The notes below the pieces were generated by a model, which made no database searches, had not been told where the DNA came from, and saw only the letters and a program-made list of their open reading frames with translations. DNA of 63,291 bases, the filler included, from Octopus bimaculoides (Eukaryota): the NCBI RefSeq assembly GCF_001194135.2. It is 5 parts of 5 records of this genome, joined end to end, with 100 filler letters (N's around TTAATTAATTAA, not from the genome) between each part and the next. Parts side by side here need not be neighbours in the genome. Positions count along the whole stretch, not along the records: positions 57,677 to 63,291 come from NC_068987.1; 4 more parts are not named here. One strand, 5' to 3'. The translations under genes and the position numbers were made by a program. Numbering within the stretch: the stretch's first letter is position 1; every line of letters starts with the position of its first letter. Shown piece by piece: positions 59,250 to 63,291 of the stretch.

Positions 59250-59705
59250 TGGAGTTATTAGAGAAAATATTTAAAGAGGAGGTGAAGGTACAAAGAGTGA
59301 TGAAGAAACTAATGACTCCATAGAATACGAGACGGGGTCAGGGTAAGGTTGAAAAAGAGCAACAAAAAAGAAACACCCCAACAACGTAGACAAGTGTGAA
59401 TCCAAGAAGAGTGCCAAAGTTCACAAGGAGAAACGAAAGAAGCCAAAGATGAAGGCATATGTAAGAGGAGAACAAAAGCAGTAAAGTAAAGCAGAAGAAA
59501 TAAATGAAGGCAAAGGCATCAGTAGACCGGTAAGCTGAGAATGGGCCCAAGATGGGTTCACAAAAAAAACGAAATTGAACCTGCAAAGGTAGTGGCTCTG
59601 GTAAAAAGGAAACTAAACCAATCTGTAAGTTGTATGTAAAGGGTACCTACTGGCACGGTGACACTGGGACAGGCTGCGAATTTGCTAATCCCAAATCCTA
59701 TTTGA
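59250..59705 (+). pseudogene. Possible LINE ORF1 remnant with degenerate CCCH finger
   Basis: K/E-rich stretch then PICKLYVKGTYWHGDTGTGCEFANPKSY. Confidence 0.3.
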
Positions 59706-60012
59706 TCAGTGCTCGTTTCACTCGCCTGAAGACGTGCAATACAAATGCAATTACCAGGACATAACAACAGGTGTCTTTGGACTATAGACGAATTGAATTA
59801 TGCGAGTGTGTTAAGGAGTAAGGCCTTACGGCCGTAAGTATGCCTTCGCTCTTGAGACTCGAGAGTACCAACGAATTTGAATCACACTGTTTTGATCCAT
59901 ACATGCATCCCGCAATTAATCTGTTGACTGCCCTTGTTTCGTTTGTCCACTCACACGTATATGCGTGTATGTATGTGTGAGTGTATGCGCGCGCGCGTGA
60001 GTGTGTGTGCGT

Positions 60013-60428
60013 ATTCTTTTATTCTTTTACTTGTTTCAGCCATTTGACTGCGGCCATGCTGAAGTACTGCCTTTTTAGTCGGGCAATTCCACACCAGGAC
60101 TTATTATTTGTAAGCCTAGCACATATTCTATCGGTACATTTTGCTGAATCGTTAGGCTACGGGGACGCTAGGTTACGTAGATGTAAGCAAACCAACATCG
60201 GTTTTGAAGCAATGGTGTGGGGACAAACATATACACACACACACACACATATATATATATACATATATGACCGTCTTCTTCCAGTTTCCGTGTACCAAAT
60301 CCACTCACATGTCTTTGGTCGGCCCGAGGCTACAGTAGAAGATACTTTCCCAATGTGCTACGCAGTGGGACTGAACCCGGAACCATGTAGTTGGACGCAA
60401 GCTACTGACCACACAACTGCGCCTGCGC
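60013..60428 (-). mobile_element. Full-length SINE family A (diverged)
   Basis: Colinear with 10047-10474. Confidence 0.8.
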
Positions 60429-60443
60429 ATATAACAGCCATAC

Positions 60444-60444
<1 letters not shown>

Positions 60445-60474
<30 letters not shown>

Positions 60475-60627
60475 CGTACGTACGTACGTATGTATTATGT
60501 ATATATGTATGTATGCATGTACGTACGTACGTATGTATGTATGTATGTATGTATGTATGTTTGTATGTATGTATGTATGTATGTATGTATGCACGTACGT
60601 ACGTACGTACGTATGTATGTACGTATG

Positions 60628-60692
<65 letters not shown>
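60445..60692. repeat. Compound (TATG)/(TACG)/(TATC) microsatellite
   Basis: Seen directly. Confidence 0.9.
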
Positions 60693-60694
<2 letters not shown>

Positions 60695-61418
60695 GTATTT
60701 CTGTGTGTCTATATGTCTTGTGTCCGAAGTCTGTGCCTGCATGTGCGTAAGGGCGTATGTGCGTGAGGTTTTGTAAAATAGTATGTAATTTTAGAAAACA
60801 TCTTAGATAAGCAAAGTATTTGAAGTCAGGGCCGGAACGCCCATGAACAAACCTCTGAGCACACAGGGTTAATCTGTTATTAAACAGCAGCAATACCTTG
60901 GCTGACCAAATATGTATAACATTATATTGCAGTCAAACGGAATCGATTCCACTCAACTTGTACAATAACTATTCTCACGTCTTCACAATATATATCAATA
61001 TTTGCAACGCTAAAATTGAAGATTAATGAATCCTTCCCTGGCATTATCCCTAAATGATTGTATCATCCAAATGGAAATCTGTGGTTGATTGTTCACATAT
61101 GAATGATGTCGGAATTTATGGTCATGATTCTCGCTATATCCATTGTGAAGCTTACCTTCAACACACACTTTGTTGTTACGGTTTTAATTTTATTTTCGTG
61201 TAATATGTACCATCCGTGTGTGATTAGATTCTGGTTGCTATGTGAGTTAGATAGTCAAGATTACTTACAGCTTGTTACAAGTGATTAACAAGAAACACCG
61301 TCAGAAAGTATTTACATCGCCACGTAGCCAACTACTGACTCTGTTTCTTTCTAGTCTCTCGCACACTAACCACTCTCTTAATACGCGAACATATGCATAC
61401 GTATATGTACATACATTC

Positions 61419-61474
<56 letters not shown>

Positions 61475-61475
<1 letters not shown>

Positions 61476-61965
61476 CACCATCATAAAGAGCAAAAAGCAA
61501 GCCAAATCTATGAAAAGTTTCCTTACACAAGTGCAAGTATACTCGGCAACGACACTGAAGCCCTCAGTAAAAAAAATGCAGAAAACCTAACTGTAGTATA
61601 TGCGTCAATTTAATTGAGGGATCGGAGTTTTCTTTCAAACATGGTCAATGCTTTACAGCGAAAAAATCTTCACATGTGCTTTGGAAAACCTAATGTATGT
61701 ATGAACTTGTCCAGGGTGTCGAGAGCAATACATAGGCCAAACCAAAAACAGTCTATGTCAAATGATGACTCTACATAGATTCCAGATGTAAATTCAGGAA
61801 TACAGAAAAATGGTATTCAGAGAACATATCAACATTTTCGCCACTAACGAACAACTCAGCTTCAGACTTTTCAGCTCTATAAATTCAGGGACGTTGCAAC
61901 CTGTGGCTAGCTCATTAGCAAAGAGTCATATTTTATTTCAAAATATAAACCCTCTTTGAATGCAT
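61475..61965 (+). pseudogene. Penelope-like (YLDD-type lineage) GIY-YIG fragment
   Basis: IKSKKQAKSMKSFLT...TCPGCREQYIGQTKNSLCQMMTLHR; related to 33460-34790. Confidence 0.75.
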
Positions 61966-62847
61966 CCACCAGAAATGACACTACTACGAGGGCCTTAGTA
62001 TAATACACACGCAAATATTAAAAACGATATATTCAGAAGTCACTACCCATGAATTTATTCAGAACAATTCTAATCACTACTATTACAACCACAACAGGTC
62101 ACTTTTAAGTCACTTGACCATTTAAGAGGATTCGACCACCTACCAGTCATACCACTCCTATATTTTTCTTATTCTTTCTCTTCTTTTCTTACTCCCTCTT
62201 CTTCTTCTTCTTCTTCTTCTTCTTCTTCTTCTTCTTCTTCTTCTTCTTCTTCTTCTTCTTCTTCTTCCCCGCCACCTTCATCTGCTACTACTGCTTAAAC
62301 AATCAAAACAAAGAACTCATATAAAATATACGTTTAGGTCTGCTATTGCGTACGGCCTACAACCAAGCCTTCACAAGAGTAAAAAAAAAGAGACAGACAG
62401 ACAGTCAAACGGAAAAATGCCCCTTGTATTTGTAAACTATGGAAATATTTTTTTTTAAATATTTCCTTTCATTTTCCATAATTTGATTGTTTCTTGTGCT
62501 TTACTTTAACTTGAAAAAAGTCGCAAAGACTGAAACTGGCACTAAAATTTTCTTCATGATAAAATTGTTTTAGCACTTCTTACCTTGTCTTATTTTCCGG
62601 AGAAATAGCACAGCAAGGTTCCTAGCTACGGGTTAACTAACACATCTGATGGCATCCCATCTGATGGCATCCCACCTGAAGGAGCAGATCTGCAATATGA
62701 CTGAGAGGTCATGAAAAGAAAGTCAAGAAAACCATTTGCAACGTACTAGCACAAGGAAACGCAATTATCATGGAAGGCTAGCAGTTTATCACGGATGGAC
62801 GCTTTCACTCTCCACAACACTAGTGATACCTCAGTGAAAGACCACCA

Positions 62848-62927
<80 letters not shown>

Positions 62928-63229
62928 TATAGATAGATAGATAGATATTCTTCGAAGGCTTGGCTAAAGTTACGTAGGTTCTTTTGGCAACAATGGTGTC
63001 CATAAACCGAGCTTACTGTCTGAAATGTAGCATCGTATCGAGCTACGTTTTGTTTTTGAATAAGAAAGCTGTGAAAAAGATTGCGATCTAATTTAAAGAT
63101 CATGCATCAATACATAAATAAATACAAATATACATGCATATACATATATAATGCATATGCACATAATATGTATAAATTATAAACATACATTTACATTTAG
63201 ACACACATTTACATGTATGTGTTTGTATC

Positions 63230-63291
<62 letters not shown>

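Overview
AT-rich, microsatellite-saturated, repeat-dominated eukaryotic DNA. The SINE/LINE repertoire resembles, from memory, that of octopus (coleoid cephalopod); this was not searched. No host gene can be called. Most ORFs in the track are translations of CA/TA/GATA/TAA repeats or run across N gaps. Four identical 100-bp spacers (44N-TTAATTAATTAA-44N) split the window into five joined pieces. Supported content: a near-full-length but decayed Tx1/L1-clade LINE (46261-50831, minus) carrying a Gypsy-type solo LTR; a second truncated copy of that LINE, joined to the first through a palindrome of LINE-like 3' tails; an RTE LINE 3' part whose ORF2 contains a C4HC3 PHD-like finger; many 5'-truncated copies of that RTE's 3' UTR; five Penelope-like fragments from two lineages; an R4/Dong-type 3' end; two mariner fragments; a Chapaev-like fragment; Helitron-like, piggyBac-like, hAT-like and foldback non-autonomous elements; and at least three tRNA-derived SINE families (my labels A, C, D). 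The most interesting signals are the palindromic, ATCT-linked Tx1 junction, the PHD-like finger inside RTE ORF2, a SINE that appears to have swapped its LINE-like tail, and a head-to-tail train of six retroposons joined through (ATT)n. These are transposon-biology leads; I found no convincing new host-gene system.
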